Shown here: piece by piece, positions 1 through 9,909 of the stretch
Numbering within the stretch: position 1 is the first letter of the stretch
Layout of the letters: every line of letters starts with the position of its first letter
Origin: an uncultured Methanomassiliicoccales archaeon
Lineage (GTDB): Archaea > Thermoplasmatota > Thermoplasmata > Methanomassiliicoccales > Methanomethylophilaceae
Reading direction: 5' to 3'
DNA: 64,000 bases
Assembly: GCA_964392725.1 (NCBI GenBank)
Contig: CAYMPW010000005.1
Location: 3,658-67,657 of the forward strand
The notes under the pieces: generated by a model
What the model was told of the DNA's origin: nothing
The model's database searches: none
What the model saw: the letters and a program-made list of their open reading frames with translations, nothing else
Program-made: the position numbers and the translations under genes

Positions 1-1
1 T

Positions 2-184
2 CTGGAACGCGTGGATTTACGCGGTGAAAAGAGCAAATTCGAGGAATTGGATTATTTGAAAGAAGTCCGCTCCAATTACCTGCGTTTGGCAGAAGAAAAA
101 GGTTACAAGATAATTGATGCTTCGCGCTCTCCCGAAGATGTCGCGACCGAGATTATCGCTATCATTGAAAATATGGGGATTTGA
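2..184 (+). CDS. tmk: thymidylate (dTMP) kinase, C-terminal fragment; 5' end lies outside the window
   Basis: The frame is open from the window edge to TGA at 182-184. The translation LERVDLRGEKSKFEELDYLKEVRSNYLRLAEEKGYKIIDASRSPEDVATEII resembles the C-terminal layout of archaeal dTMP kinases. This is recognition from memory on a partial sequence. Confidence 0.45.
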   Translation: MERVDLRGEKSKFEELDYLKEVRSNYLRLAEEKGYKIIDASRSPEDVATEIIAIIENMGI

Positions 185-186
185 TT

Positions 187-1371
187 ATGCATCCTGCTGA
201 AGAAATATATTGTGAAAAAAGCAACAAATTGAGGGGAAAAACAATCGTAATGGGTATAACCGGAAGCATTGCAGCAACAGAATGCTTCTCGACTATACGT
301 GAACTTATCCGTCACGGTGCAAAGATCATTCCTGTAATGTCGGAAGCTGCCTGCGATCTCGTAGCTCCCAATGCAATCGAATTCGCGTGTGGTATTCCTC
401 CGATAACAAAGCTTACCGGTCAAACCGAACACATCAAATGGATGGGATCAAACGAAGCAGATATGTTTTTGATTTATCCCGCAACCGCAAACACAATTTC
501 AAAAATCGCAAACGGAATCGACGATGGCCCGGTAACTTCTATGGCAACCGTCGCAATCGGAAACGGAATTCCCGTAGCAATCGCACCCGCGATGCATGAG
601 GCAATGTTCAAGAACCCTGCAGTTGCGCAAAACGTTGAAACTTTGAAGAAATGGGGCGTAAGTATGATCGGCCCATACTCAGACGGAGTACGTGCAAAAG
701 TGGCATCCAGAGACGCAATCGTTGCCTGGGTTTTCAAATCATTATCAAAAGACGATCTCAAAGGAAAGCGCATCTTAGTAATAGGAGGCCGTAGTGAAGA
801 ACCATTGGATTCTATGAGAATTATCACTAATCGTTCCACAGGAATCATGGCCGTCGCATTGGTAATGCGTGCGTTCGAGCGTGGAGCGGAAGTGGACTTT
901 TGGATGGGTGGTTGCAATACACCTCTTCCCGATTATATCCCAACACGTCGTTTTGCAACAGTTGCAGAATTGATTAAAATGTCTGATGGAATCAATCATG
1001 ATGTTGTAATCGTGCCTGCTGCATTAGCAGACTTCTCACCCGAAGAAACATATGAGGGTAAAATTCCAAGTGATATGTCTTGCGATATTCACTTTAATCC
1101 TGTTCCAAAGCTTCTTCCGATTATTCGCGGTAAGTGTGACAAAGTAATTGGATTCAAGGCCGAATCCGGTCTTTCATCAGATGGACTTGTTGAAAAAGCA
1201 AGAAGTCGCATGGATGAGTATGGAATTAGTGCGGTCGTAGCAAACGATATCGATGTATCTGGAAAATCATCTACATCTGCGATATTGGTATCTTCTGAAG
1301 ATGCCGTACCTCTTGTGGGATCAAAAATGGACGTTTCCAATAAAATACTGGATTTCGCGGCTAAATTATGA
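187..1371 (+). CDS. coaBC: bifunctional phosphopantothenoylcysteine decarboxylase / phosphopantothenate-cysteine ligase
   Basis: About 395 aa. The N-terminal flavoprotein motif GITGSIAA is followed by a CoaB-type C-terminal half. ATG at 187 (the ORF track uses TTG at 181). The stop overlaps the next start (ATGA at 1368-1371). Confidence 0.85.
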   Translation: MHPAEEIYCEKSNKLRGKTIVMGITGSIAATECFSTIRELIRHGAKIIPVMSEAACDLVAPNAIEFACGIPPITKLTGQTEHIKWMGSNEADMFLIYPATANTISKIANGIDDGPVTSMATVAIGNGIPVAIAPAMHEAMFKNPAVAQNVETLKKWGVSMIGPYSDGVRAKVASRDAIVAWVFKSLSKDDLKGKRILVIGGRSEEPLDSMRIITNRSTGIMAVALVMRAFERGAEVDFWMGGCNTPLPDYIPTRRFATVAELIKMSDGINHDVVIVPAALADFSPEETYEGKIPSDMSCDIHFNPVPKLLPIIRGKCDKVIGFKAESGLSSDGLVEKARSRMDEYGISAVVANDIDVSGKSSTSAILVSSEDAVPLVGSKMDVSNKILDFAAKL

Positions 1372-2228
1372 TTTCAGCATATTGTCCGGGACACATAACG
1401 TGTTTTTTCCAACCATCGTTATCCGATAAACCAGAGAAATCCGGATCCCGTGGAGCGGGAATAAAGATTTCGGCAGGAACCGAAGTTTCAATGGAATTCA
1501 GAGACGATGGAAATTTTATCGCTACGATGGATGGAAAACCCGCAGACGTGCCTGTTACAAGGCGTACGGCAGAGATTCTTGCTCCTGGACAGGGAATGGA
1601 TGTAATCATAACAAACTACCTTCCTGTAGGTCAGGGATTCGGCACCAGTGCTTCCGGATCCATAGCATTGGCAATGTGTATATGTGAAAAATTAAACATT
1701 CCAAAAGAAAAAGGATATTTTGCGGCACACGTGGCAGAAGTGGAACGTGGAGGAGGATTGGGAGATGTAGATGCAATAATGCAAAACGGGCATCAGCCCG
1801 TTAGGGTAGAACCTGGTTTGTATCCAATTGGAAAAACAATCGATACGGGCATTGTTTTTTCCAGTCTTTCATTAGCTGTTTTTTCCGGTCCCTTGAATAC
1901 AGGAAGCGTACTCAAAAATCCACAAATCATGGAAAGTGTTTCTTCTACAGGAAAAGATGTTGTCAACAAGTATTTAGAGGATCCCACCGAGGAAAAATTG
2001 TTTGAACTTTCCAATATTTTTTCACGATCCGCAGGATTGGAAACAGACCAAATATCCAATGCAATTTTAAAGTTAAAAGAAAAGGGATTTCATGCAGGGA
2101 TGTGTATGCTGGGTCATAGTATTTTTACTGATGCTCCCGAAGATATTCTCAAAGCATCTGTACCTGATGCGGAAATTTATTCCTGCAGTTCATACGGGGA
2201 TTCCGCAAAGATCATTCGTAGAGCGTAA
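1368..2228 (+). CDS. archaeal pantoate kinase (GHMP kinase family)
   Basis: N-terminus CPGHITCFF and GHMP motif GQGFGTSASGS. Translationally coupled to coaBC, which fits the archaeal CoA pathway. Confidence 0.65.
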   Translation: MISAYCPGHITCFFQPSLSDKPEKSGSRGAGIKISAGTEVSMEFRDDGNFIATMDGKPADVPVTRRTAEILAPGQGMDVIITNYLPVGQGFGTSASGSIALAMCICEKLNIPKEKGYFAAHVAEVERGGGLGDVDAIMQNGHQPVRVEPGLYPIGKTIDTGIVFSSLSLAVFSGPLNTGSVLKNPQIMESVSSTGKDVVNKYLEDPTEEKLFELSNIFSRSAGLETDQISNAILKLKEKGFHAGMCMLGHSIFTDAPEDILKASVPDAEIYSCSSYGDSAKIIRRA

Positions 2229-2505
2229 ACAATTGATCGTCGCCGTCGCAATCAAACAATCCGATTCTAGCACCGCAATCAATCCATCCATGTGAATAAT
2301 TCACGGCAGCAAAAGCGGTTACGAGGTCTCCAGTTTCTCTAAAATGTTTGGCATCGCTGTAGTATGCATTTGCCATTTCAAGGAAACTGTCTGCAAGTTT
2401 TCTGTTGTATGATCTTTCAGGTGCCGCAATCTTGATTTTTGCTAAAGCACGTGCCGTGATATCCAAATATCTGTCTATTTTTTCGTCGGTTACAACATTC
2501 TGCAT
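2212..2505 (-). CDS. small conserved archaeal protein (DUF357-like)
   Basis: 97-aa ORF with TGA stop. Its tail overlaps the pantoate kinase gene convergently. The family name is from memory only. Confidence 0.45.
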   Translation of the reverse strand: MQNVVTDEKIDRYLDITARALAKIKIAAPERSYNRKLADSFLEMANAYYSDAKHFRETGDLVTAFAAVNYSHGWIDCGARIGLFDCDGDDQLFTLYE

Positions 2506-2605
2506 TTTCGCACCAATCCGATGATGCGATACCCCAATATAGGTTTAACCGCTCGCGCCCGCGCTTGCGTTAAGGTTAAAGTAGGGGAACGATTATCGAA
2601 ATACC

Positions 2606-3463
2606 ATGATAGTAGTTGGCGGTTCTTCCTCCAGATTTTTAGCGAACGATTTGGCGACAGCTTTGAAATGCGAATGTGTTCAGGCTGCCTCCACAAGATT
2701 CCCCGACGGAGAATGTTACACACGTATCGATGCTGAAACTTTGGACGATGATGTGATTATTGTTCAGAACACTTACCCAGATGAAAATATGGTCGAGATG
2801 TTTTTGATTCAGGATGCGGTTAGAAGAATGGGTGCAAAGAAAATAACCTTGGTTATCCCCTATTTTGGATATGCTAGACAGGATCGTATTTTCAAACCCG
2901 GTGAGCCCGAATCCGCAAAAGTCATGGCTAAACACTTGGCAATGGAATGTGACCGCGTAATTACTGTTGACATTCACAAAGAAACCGTACTCAATCATTT
3001 TGGCTGTCCTTCTAAAGATGTGAAAGCTGCAGAAGCTATCGCCGAGTACTTCAAAAACAAAAACATTGATTTGGTTTTGGCACCTGACATAGGAGCCGCA
3101 GACCGTGCAAAGGATGTTGGAACCAGAATGGGCGTAGATTACGACCACTTGGAAAAAGTCAGACTTTCAGGCGTAGATGTTAAAATTGCACCCGCTAAAA
3201 TGGACTGCAACGGTAAAAACGTCCTTATCGTCGACGATATCATTGCAACCGGCGGAACAATTATTGCAGCAACCGAACAGCTTAAAGAAGCAGGTGCAGC
3301 AAGCGTTACCGTAGCATGCACTCACGGTGTATTCGTAAACAATGCAATCGAAAGATTGACCGGCAGCAACCTTGACGGTGTTCTTTGCTGTAACACATTG
3401 GAAAACAAAGTTTCCCACATTTCCGTTGCCAACGTATTGGCAAAAGCAATTCTTGAGTGGTGA
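2606..3463 (+). CDS. prs: ribose-phosphate pyrophosphokinase (PRPP synthetase)
   Basis: 285 aa. PRPP-binding loop VLIVDDIIATGGT and YFGYARQDR motif. Confidence 0.9.
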   Translation: MIVVGGSSSRFLANDLATALKCECVQAASTRFPDGECYTRIDAETLDDDVIIVQNTYPDENMVEMFLIQDAVRRMGAKKITLVIPYFGYARQDRIFKPGEPESAKVMAKHLAMECDRVITVDIHKETVLNHFGCPSKDVKAAEAIAEYFKNKNIDLVLAPDIGAADRAKDVGTRMGVDYDHLEKVRLSGVDVKIAPAKMDCNGKNVLIVDDIIATGGTIIAATEQLKEAGAASVTVACTHGVFVNNAIERLTGSNLDGVLCCNTLENKVSHISVANVLAKAILEW

Positions 3464-3468
3464 ATTCA

Positions 3469-4866
3469 ATGGAAAAAGATGAGAACTTCGGAGATTGGTA
3501 CAACGAAATCGTTGAAAAAGCGAATTTATCCGACAAAAGATATCCAATCAAAGGAATGAATGTCTGGACAGCCTACGGCTGGAAAATCATGAGATTTATT
3601 GACACATACATTCGTCAGGAATTGGATGCAACAGATCACGATGAAGTTTGTTTCCCTCTTTTAATTCCGGAAACCGAATTCAAAAAAGAGAAAGACCACA
3701 TCAAAGGATTCGATTCGGAAGTTTATTGGGTTACCCACGCAGGACTCAACGAACTCGATGTCAGATTGGTTGTTAGACCTACAAGCGAAACAGCAATGTA
3801 TCCAATGTTTGCACTTTGGGTAAGATCCCATCAAGACCTTCCTTTGAAAGTGTATCAACTTGTCAACACATTCCGTTACGAGACAAAACAGACACGTTCT
3901 TTCATACGTGTTCGTGAAATTCACTTCTTTGAATCACACACATGTCACGAATCCGAAGAAGACGCACAGAAACAGGTCGAAGAAGATTTCGTAATTCTCG
4001 AAAAGATTGCAGAAAAACTCTGTCTTCCTTATTCACTTCTTGTTCGTACCGAGTGGGACAAGTTCCCCGGAGCGCACTACACTGTTGGAATCGACACAAC
4101 AATGCCCAATGGTAGAACATTACAGATAGGTTCGATTCACCACTACAGAACAAACTTCTCGGTTCCGTACGAAATCACATTTGAAGATGATGATGGACAG
4201 CACAAACATGTACATCAGACCACATTCGGTATGAGTGAACGTTTGCTCGGTGCAGTCATCGGAGTTCATGGAGACGATAAAGGATTGGTTATGCCTCCCG
4301 CAATCGCTCCTTTCCAGGTAGTTCTTATTCCTATTCTTTCCAAGAACAATACGGAAGAGGTTATGGAAGCCTGTAAAAACATTACAAAAGTTCTTGCAGA
4401 CAGCGGAATCCGCATAAAACTCGATGACAGGGACGACAGACCCGGAAGTAAATTCTACGACTGGGAAATTAAAGGTGTTCCACTCCGTCTCGAAGTTGGC
4501 GGAAGAGATATCGAAAACAATGTCGTATCTTTTGCAAGGCGTGATAGTGGAGAGAAAGGTACAATTTCACTCGATAACCTTGCCGATGGAGTCAAACTTG
4601 TTTTGAACGTAATTGCTGAAGACATGTATGCCAAAGCAAAATCCATTCAACAAGGGGCAATTCAGGAAATCGAATCTCTCGATGATATTCCTGAGAAAGT
4701 ACTCAGACTCGGATGGTGCGGTTGCGAAGAATGCGGACACATAATCGAAGATAAATTCGATCTCAAATTGCTCGGAACTCCATACACACCCGAAAATTAC
4801 TCCGGAAAATGTGTTGTATGCGGCAAACCCGCAGATAAACCCGCTTACGTCGCTCGTTCGATGTAA
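3469..4866 (+). CDS. proS: prolyl-tRNA synthetase (archaeal/eukaryal type with C-terminal Zn-binding domain)
   Basis: About 465 aa. Class II aaRS motifs (FRYE, HFFESH) and a C-terminal Cys cluster CGCEECG...CVVCG. ATG at 3469 follows the prs TGA; the ORF track starts at GTG 3457. Confidence 0.9.
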   Translation: MEKDENFGDWYNEIVEKANLSDKRYPIKGMNVWTAYGWKIMRFIDTYIRQELDATDHDEVCFPLLIPETEFKKEKDHIKGFDSEVYWVTHAGLNELDVRLVVRPTSETAMYPMFALWVRSHQDLPLKVYQLVNTFRYETKQTRSFIRVREIHFFESHTCHESEEDAQKQVEEDFVILEKIAEKLCLPYSLLVRTEWDKFPGAHYTVGIDTTMPNGRTLQIGSIHHYRTNFSVPYEITFEDDDGQHKHVHQTTFGMSERLLGAVIGVHGDDKGLVMPPAIAPFQVVLIPILSKNNTEEVMEACKNITKVLADSGIRIKLDDRDDRPGSKFYDWEIKGVPLRLEVGGRDIENNVVSFARRDSGEKGTISLDNLADGVKLVLNVIAEDMYAKAKSIQQGAIQEIESLDDIPEKVLRLGWCGCEECGHIIEDKFDLKLLGTPYTPENYSGKCVVCGKPADKPAYVARSM

Positions 4867-4884
4867 TTTTTAAAAACTATACTT

Positions 4885-4905
4885 CCCGGCCACAGTTTGG
4901 CCGGG
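4885..4905 (+). terminator. hairpin CCCGGCC-N7-GGCCGGG downstream of proS
   Basis: A perfect 7-bp GC stem read directly from the sequence, followed by an AAAACTTTT tract. Confidence 0.5.
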
Positions 4906-4939
4906 AAAACTTTTAACGTATCCCTGATATCCTACAGGT

Positions 4940-5707
4940 ATGACCTTCGAAGAAAACGAGATAATATATCTTGTAGATACAACCGGAAAAAGACATTGGC
5001 TCAAAGTGGCCGACGGAATGTTGAAAATTTCATCTTTGGGCACTGTAGATGGTTCCCGTTTCCGTGATTTGGATGACGGTTCAAAAATTTCTATCGTAGG
5101 TCGCGAATATTCCGTGTTCCGTCCTGGAACTTTGGAGCTTATGGAATCTCTTGAGAGAGGCGCTCAAATCATCACACCAAAGGATGCAGCAACTATAATT
5201 TTGAATTGTGGTGTTGTAGCTGGCACATCTGTAATTGAAGTAGGTGCAGGCTCCGGAGGCCTTACAACTGCATTGCTTTCTGCAGTAGCACCTCTCGGAA
5301 AGGTTCACACCGTAGAACTCAAGGATGAAAATGCTCAGCGTGCTCTGAAAAACGTAAGGCGTACAGGTTTGGATAAATATTGGTCGTACACAATCGGCGA
5401 TGCAAAAGATGTAGAATTCGAAGCAACTGCCGACGTTCTTACAATGGATATGCCCGATCCTTGGCTTGCACTGGATAATATTTTACCTCATCTTCGTCCC
5501 GGAGGCCACATTTGCGCATACGTTCCCAACATGAATCAAGCAGAATCCATAGTTAATGCGCTTCGTGAACGTGGATTTGCGGAAGTTTATGCCTTGGAAA
5601 ACATGCAACGCGGTTTAGAGGTTCATCCTGGCGGAGTTCGCCCATCTTTTGAGATGTTGGGCCATACAGGATATCTGATATTCGGAAGAAAAGTCGCAGT
5701 CTTATAA
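4940..5707 (+). CDS. trmI: tRNA (adenine-N1)-methyltransferase, TrmI/Gcd14 family
   Basis: 255 aa. SAM motif VIEVGAGSGGLT and DMPDPW motif, both typical of TrmI. Confidence 0.8.
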   Translation: MTFEENEIIYLVDTTGKRHWLKVADGMLKISSLGTVDGSRFRDLDDGSKISIVGREYSVFRPGTLELMESLERGAQIITPKDAATIILNCGVVAGTSVIEVGAGSGGLTTALLSAVAPLGKVHTVELKDENAQRALKNVRRTGLDKYWSYTIGDAKDVEFEATADVLTMDMPDPWLALDNILPHLRPGGHICAYVPNMNQAESIVNALRERGFAEVYALENMQRGLEVHPGGVRPSFEMLGHTGYLIFGRKVAVL

Positions 5708-5714
5708 TTATAAA

Positions 5715-5733
5715 ATTGCGGGTCTTCCGCAAT
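5715..5733 (+). terminator. hairpin ATTGCGG-N5-CCGCAAT downstream of trmI
   Basis: A 7-bp stem read from the sequence, in an AT-rich context 8 nt after the TAA stop. Confidence 0.4.
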
Positions 5734-5740
5734 GCTTTAA

Positions 5741-5759
5741 TTATTCGCGCGTTTATACA
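5741..5759 (+). promoter_or_regulatory. TTATTCGCGCG-TTTATAC element just upstream of the purS ATG
   Basis: The same 11-mer TTATTCGCGCG plus TTTATAC recurs at 35970-35990. A 1-nt variant lies at 54316-54327. Confidence 0.4.
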
Positions 5760-5765
5760 TCAGGT

Positions 5766-6005
5766 ATGGTAGTAGCAGAGATCAGAATTGAACTCAAAAA
5801 AGGTGTCGCAGACCCTGAAGGAAAAAACACAATGAAAACATTGGATTCCCTCGGATTCCACGATGTTGTCAATGTAAAATCCATCAAAGTTTTCGAAATT
5901 GAATTCGATATGGACGAAGATCAGGCACGTGTTGCTGCAGATGAAGCTTGCAAAAGACTTCTTGCAAACCCTGTGATTCAGAACTACACTATTTTGGTGA
6001 GATGA
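5766..6005 (+). CDS. purS: phosphoribosylformylglycinamidine synthase subunit PurS
   Basis: 79 aa. LKKGVADPEG and LLANPVIQNY motifs. Sits immediately upstream of purL. Confidence 0.85.
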   Translation: MVVAEIRIELKKGVADPEGKNTMKTLDSLGFHDVVNVKSIKVFEIEFDMDEDQARVAADEACKRLLANPVIQNYTILVR

Positions 6006-6009
6006 TAGC

Positions 6010-8346
6010 ATGTCTGCAGACAGGCTGATGAAACAACGTGATGTTCCATACACGCTTCTCGATATCAATATCGCAGATGCAACCGATGAGGAGCTTAAAT
6101 TCCTTTCAAAAGATATGGGACTTAACCTTTCTCTTGACGAAATGCATGTTGTAAAAGATTATTTCGAGAAAGAAGGCAGAACACCTACCGATGTAGAACT
6201 TCAGTCTCTTGGACAGGCATGGAGTGAACATTGCTGCTACAAAAGTTCAAAACCAATTCTGAAAGAATTCGTATTCTCTATCGATCGCTCCGATATCCTC
6301 TCCAGGGGAGATGCGGGAGTTATGGTATTTGATGACGAATACGGATATGCACTCAGAATCGAAAGTCACAATCACCCTTCTGCTATCGAACCTTATGGAG
6401 GAGCTGCAACCGGAATCGGAGGAATTCTCAGAGATGTTGTATGTATGGGTGCACAGCCCATCGGACTTGCAGATCCTTTATGCTTCGGACCTCTTGATTA
6501 TGATGGAGAACTTCCACCTGGTATCAAACACCCCCGCTATCTTGCAAACGGTGTTGTAAGTGGAATCAGAGATTATGGAAACCGTGTTGGAATACCAACA
6601 ATCACAGGCGGTATGTTCTTTGATGAAAAATACGCGGGTAACTGCCTTGTAAATGTTGCAGCACTCGGTATTGTCAAAAGAAAAGATCTCGCATTAAACT
6701 ATGCAGGCGGTCCCGGAGAAGTTATGATTCTTCTCGGAGGCCGTACGGGCCGTGACGGTATTCACGGAGTTACATTCGCATCCGCAGATTTGACAGAAAC
6801 CTCCGATGAAGATTCAAGGGGTGCTGTTCAGCTCGGAGATCCAATTACAAAAGAACCTCTCATGCACGCATGTTTCGAGGTTAATGCTCAACACCTGATT
6901 ACAGGAATGAAAGATTTGGGCGGAGGGGGACTCAGTTGCGTTGTTGGAGAAATGGCTCTTGACGCAGGTTGCGGAGCCGATGTAGATTTGGAAAAAGTAC
7001 CACTTAAAGAAGATGGTCTCGCACCCTGGGAAATTTGGGTGTCTGAATCTCAGGAACGTATGATGGTTACCGCAAAGCCCGAAAATGTACCTCGTATTTT
7101 AGAAATTTTCGATATGTGGGATGTTCTTGCAACACCTATCGCAGTAACAACCGATATGCCTCGCACACGTTTGTTCTGGAAAGGAACCGAAATTTTCGAT
7201 ATGGATTTGGAATTCCTTACAGGAGGTCCCGTATACAACAGGCCTTATGTGATTCCCGAAGTATCTTCATACGAAAAACAGGTCATGCCAACACTTCCAT
7301 CTCACACAGAAGTAATTCTTGCAATGCTTTCTGATCCAAATGTTGCATCAAAAGAATGGGCAATCAGGCAGTACGATCACGAAGTCCGTGCAGGTACAGC
7401 AATCCATCCTATGGTTGGTAAAATGAATAAGACCGGTCCTGGTGACGCATCTGTTCTTTTGCCTGTTCCTGGAAGTTTGAGAGGATTGGCAGCAGCAATC
7501 GGATGTAACCCCTGGTTCACAGAAGCTGACCCCTACAGAGGCGGAAAAGCATCTATCGATGAAACATTCCGTAACATTATCGCAGTGGGAGCAAGCCCTA
7601 ACGCATTAACAGATTGTCTCAACTTCGGAAACCCTGAAAACCCTGAAAGACTCGGAGAATTCAGAGAAGCTGTAAGAGGAATCGGAGAATTGGCATCTGC
7701 TTTAAGGATCCCGATTCCCTCTGGAAATGTAAGTTTATACAATGAAGCACCCGGTGGAAAGTTCATTCTCCCAACACCTATGATTCTCGGATGCGGAATC
7801 ATTGATGATGTCCGCAAGGCAATCACGGCAGATTTCAAGGAAGAAGGAAACAAAATTTACATCGTAGGAAGCACCAAAGACGAAATGGGAGCTTCACTCT
7901 TATTCCGTAAATTCGGAGGAGAACAGGGAGCTGTTCCCGACACTGATGCGGATAATCTCAACACCTTGTGCAACAGGATGCTTGAAGCAACCAATGCAGC
8001 AACAATACGCAGTTGCCACGATTGTTCCGACGGTGGAATGATTATTGCTGTTGCAGAAATGTGTATTTCCGGAGACATCGGAGCAAAACTTGATGTTTCA
8101 TCGATGGAAGACATCGGAAACACAAAGAGATTCTACTCTGAAAGCAACACTCGTTGGATTGCAGAAGTCCGTCCTGAAAACGAAGAGATGTTTATCAACT
8201 ATCTTGGAGACAGGGCAGTATGCATCGGAACAACAGGCGGAGATTCACTTTCGGTTCTTGGTACAGATATCGAAATTCCTGTTCCTGAACTTAGAAAAGC
8301 CTGGAATGATCCTATTTGGAACATTATGGGAGGCGATGTACAATGA
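6010..8346 (+). CDS. purL: phosphoribosylformylglycinamidine synthase subunit PurL
   Basis: 778 aa. AIR-synthase-like repeats (ESHNHPS, DLGGGGLS). Confidence 0.95.
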   Translation: MSADRLMKQRDVPYTLLDINIADATDEELKFLSKDMGLNLSLDEMHVVKDYFEKEGRTPTDVELQSLGQAWSEHCCYKSSKPILKEFVFSIDRSDILSRGDAGVMVFDDEYGYALRIESHNHPSAIEPYGGAATGIGGILRDVVCMGAQPIGLADPLCFGPLDYDGELPPGIKHPRYLANGVVSGIRDYGNRVGIPTITGGMFFDEKYAGNCLVNVAALGIVKRKDLALNYAGGPGEVMILLGGRTGRDGIHGVTFASADLTETSDEDSRGAVQLGDPITKEPLMHACFEVNAQHLITGMKDLGGGGLSCVVGEMALDAGCGADVDLEKVPLKEDGLAPWEIWVSESQERMMVTAKPENVPRILEIFDMWDVLATPIAVTTDMPRTRLFWKGTEIFDMDLEFLTGGPVYNRPYVIPEVSSYEKQVMPTLPSHTEVILAMLSDPNVASKEWAIRQYDHEVRAGTAIHPMVGKMNKTGPGDASVLLPVPGSLRGLAAAIGCNPWFTEADPYRGGKASIDETFRNIIAVGASPNALTDCLNFGNPENPERLGEFREAVRGIGELASALRIPIPSGNVSLYNEAPGGKFILPTPMILGCGIIDDVRKAITADFKEEGNKIYIVGSTKDEMGASLLFRKFGGEQGAVPDTDADNLNTLCNRMLEATNAATIRSCHDCSDGGMIIAVAEMCISGDIGAKLDVSSMEDIGNTKRFYSESNTRWIAEVRPENEEMFINYLGDRAVCIGTTGGDSLSVLGTDIEIPVPELRKAWNDPIWNIMGGDVQ

Positions 8347-9164
8347 ATGCAGAAGACATTAAAGTATGCGTACTGAGAATTGAAGGTACAAACTGTGAAG
8401 ATGAAATGGCTGAAGCTTTCAATATGGTTGGGGCAACAGCAGAAAAAGTTCATTTGAAACAGCTCGCTAACCAGTCTCCCGCAGACATGCGTCGCAATCT
8501 GGAAGATTATGATATTCTTGCATTACCTGGCGGTTTCTCTTCAGGAGATTATGTCCGTGCAGGTGCTATTTTTGCAGCAAGGATGTTATCCACAATCGGT
8601 CACGATTTGAAATACTTCGTTGAATCCGAAAAACCTGTTTTGGGAGTTTGTAACGGATTCCAAGTATTGGTTGAATTGGGACTCCTTCCAAATCTTGTTC
8701 CTGAAAAAATGGGACAGCCCACAGCAGCACTGTACAACAATGATTCTGGAAGATTTGAGTGTAGGCCCACTCTCTTAAGAAATGAGAGCAGACGTAACTG
8801 TGTGTTCACAACAGACATTCCTAAGAAAGAAGTTCTCATGTTCCCTTCAGCACACGGTGAAGGAAAATTAATGAGTTTAGATCCAGATTTCGTTTGGAAC
8901 CTTGAAGACAATGATCAGATTGTGTTCAGATATGTTTCACCCGAAGGTGAAGATTCAGACACACCTTATCCTTGGAATCCAAACGGCTCTCCTTCAGATA
9001 TTGCAGGTGTTTGTAATACGGCTGGAAATGTCCTTGGACTTATGCCACATCCTGAACGTGCCATGACCAGGTTCACTCACCCCGATTGGACTCGTGGTTA
9101 TGAAACCGAAGATGGTGACGGAAAAGCGATTTTCACATCAGTTATTCATGAGCTTGTAAAGTAA
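8343..9164 (+). CDS. purQ: phosphoribosylformylglycinamidine synthase glutaminase subunit PurQ
   Basis: Class I amidotransferase with GVCNGFQ nucleophile elbow and MPHPER. ATG at 8343 overlaps the purL TGA (ATGA). Confidence 0.9.
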   Translation: MNAEDIKVCVLRIEGTNCEDEMAEAFNMVGATAEKVHLKQLANQSPADMRRNLEDYDILALPGGFSSGDYVRAGAIFAARMLSTIGHDLKYFVESEKPVLGVCNGFQVLVELGLLPNLVPEKMGQPTAALYNNDSGRFECRPTLLRNESRRNCVFTTDIPKKEVLMFPSAHGEGKLMSLDPDFVWNLEDNDQIVFRYVSPEGEDSDTPYPWNPNGSPSDIAGVCNTAGNVLGLMPHPERAMTRFTHPDWTRGYETEDGDGKAIFTSVIHELVK

Positions 9165-9166
9165 GC

Positions 9167-9823
9167 TCAGATATCGATACGAATTTCGATTTCGTCTCCG
9201 TCATTAAGACTCAATGTGCGTCTCAAATGATATTGGCAGATAATCTCTATCGTATCCATGTAGTGGGAACGCTCGGGAACGACAATCGCACAATCAATGT
9301 TACGAAGTTTTGCTTTGTACACGATTACGTTTCCGAAACTTCTTCCTTCGGATGTAAATCCATTGATGTGATGTCCCGCCGTACTTCTTACAACTTCCAG
9401 TTTGTTCAAGTCTTCTTTCTTGATTTTGATATTCAATGTTCCTTCGAAAGGTGTGAATCCCAATTTGGTTAAAAATTGATCCATGTATGGTTTCTGACAG
9501 ATGTAATATCCGCCTTCTCCCATGCCGCTTGCAACGTATCCTGTGAGGTTAATATGATCTGTCAATTCGAACACACGACGATACTCGTTATATTCGTGTT
9601 TAAGTTCGTCTATACCCTTCTGTGTAAGCTTAATGCGTTGTTTACGCGCACCAAGGTCGCGTGTAATATATTTCTCATCAAGAAGTTCTAAGATTCTCTT
9701 TGAGGCGGATTGTTGACTCATTTCAAGAGCTTCACCGAGTTCTCTAGAAGATACGGCAATAAAATTTTCCATTCCGCCCATTATCGCAATTTTTCTCAGA
9801 GCGAATGCGTATTTTTCATCCAT
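9167..9823 (-). CDS. ribK: bifunctional HTH regulator / CTP-dependent riboflavin kinase (RbkR-like)
   Basis: An N-terminal winged-HTH-like segment is followed by the archaeal riboflavin kinase domain (GMGEGGYY, PFEGTLN). ATG at 9823; the ORF track starts at TTG 9829. Confidence 0.75.
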   Translation of the reverse strand: MDEKYAFALRKIAIMGGMENFIAVSSRELGEALEMSQQSASKRILELLDEKYITRDLGARKQRIKLTQKGIDELKHEYNEYRRVFELTDHINLTGYVASGMGEGGYYICQKPYMDQFLTKLGFTPFEGTLNIKIKKEDLNKLEVVRSTAGHHINGFTSEGRSFGNVIVYKAKLRNIDCAIVVPERSHYMDTIEIICQYHLRRTLSLNDGDEIEIRIDI

Positions 9824-9824
9824 T

Positions 9825-9838
9825 ACCAATTAATTGGT
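9825..9838. promoter_or_regulatory. perfect 14-bp palindrome ACCAATTAATTGGT between a TATA-like box and the ribK/rbkR ATG
   Basis: Read directly from the sequence. The minus-strand TATA-like box TTTTTATA corresponds to 9846-9853, and the ATG is at 9823. Confidence 0.5.
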
Positions 9839-9883
9839 TATTAAGTATAAAAATATTAGTTTGATGGTAGCAAAAGAATAAGG

Positions 9884-9901
9884 CCGGCGCGAATGCGCCG
9901 G
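9884..9901 (-). terminator. hairpin CCGGCGC-GAAT-GCGCCGG downstream of the 121-aa membrane protein gene
   Basis: A perfect 7-bp GC stem 9 nt after the stop at 9910. T/A-rich flanks on both strands. Confidence 0.5.
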
Positions 9902-9909
9902 TTTTAAAA

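Noticed and set aside
6003-6008. TGA-TAG tandem at the end of purS, considered as possible evidence for TAG used as a stop.
   Set aside because: The functional stop is the TGA. The following in-frame TAG is never reached, so it says nothing about how TAG is decoded.
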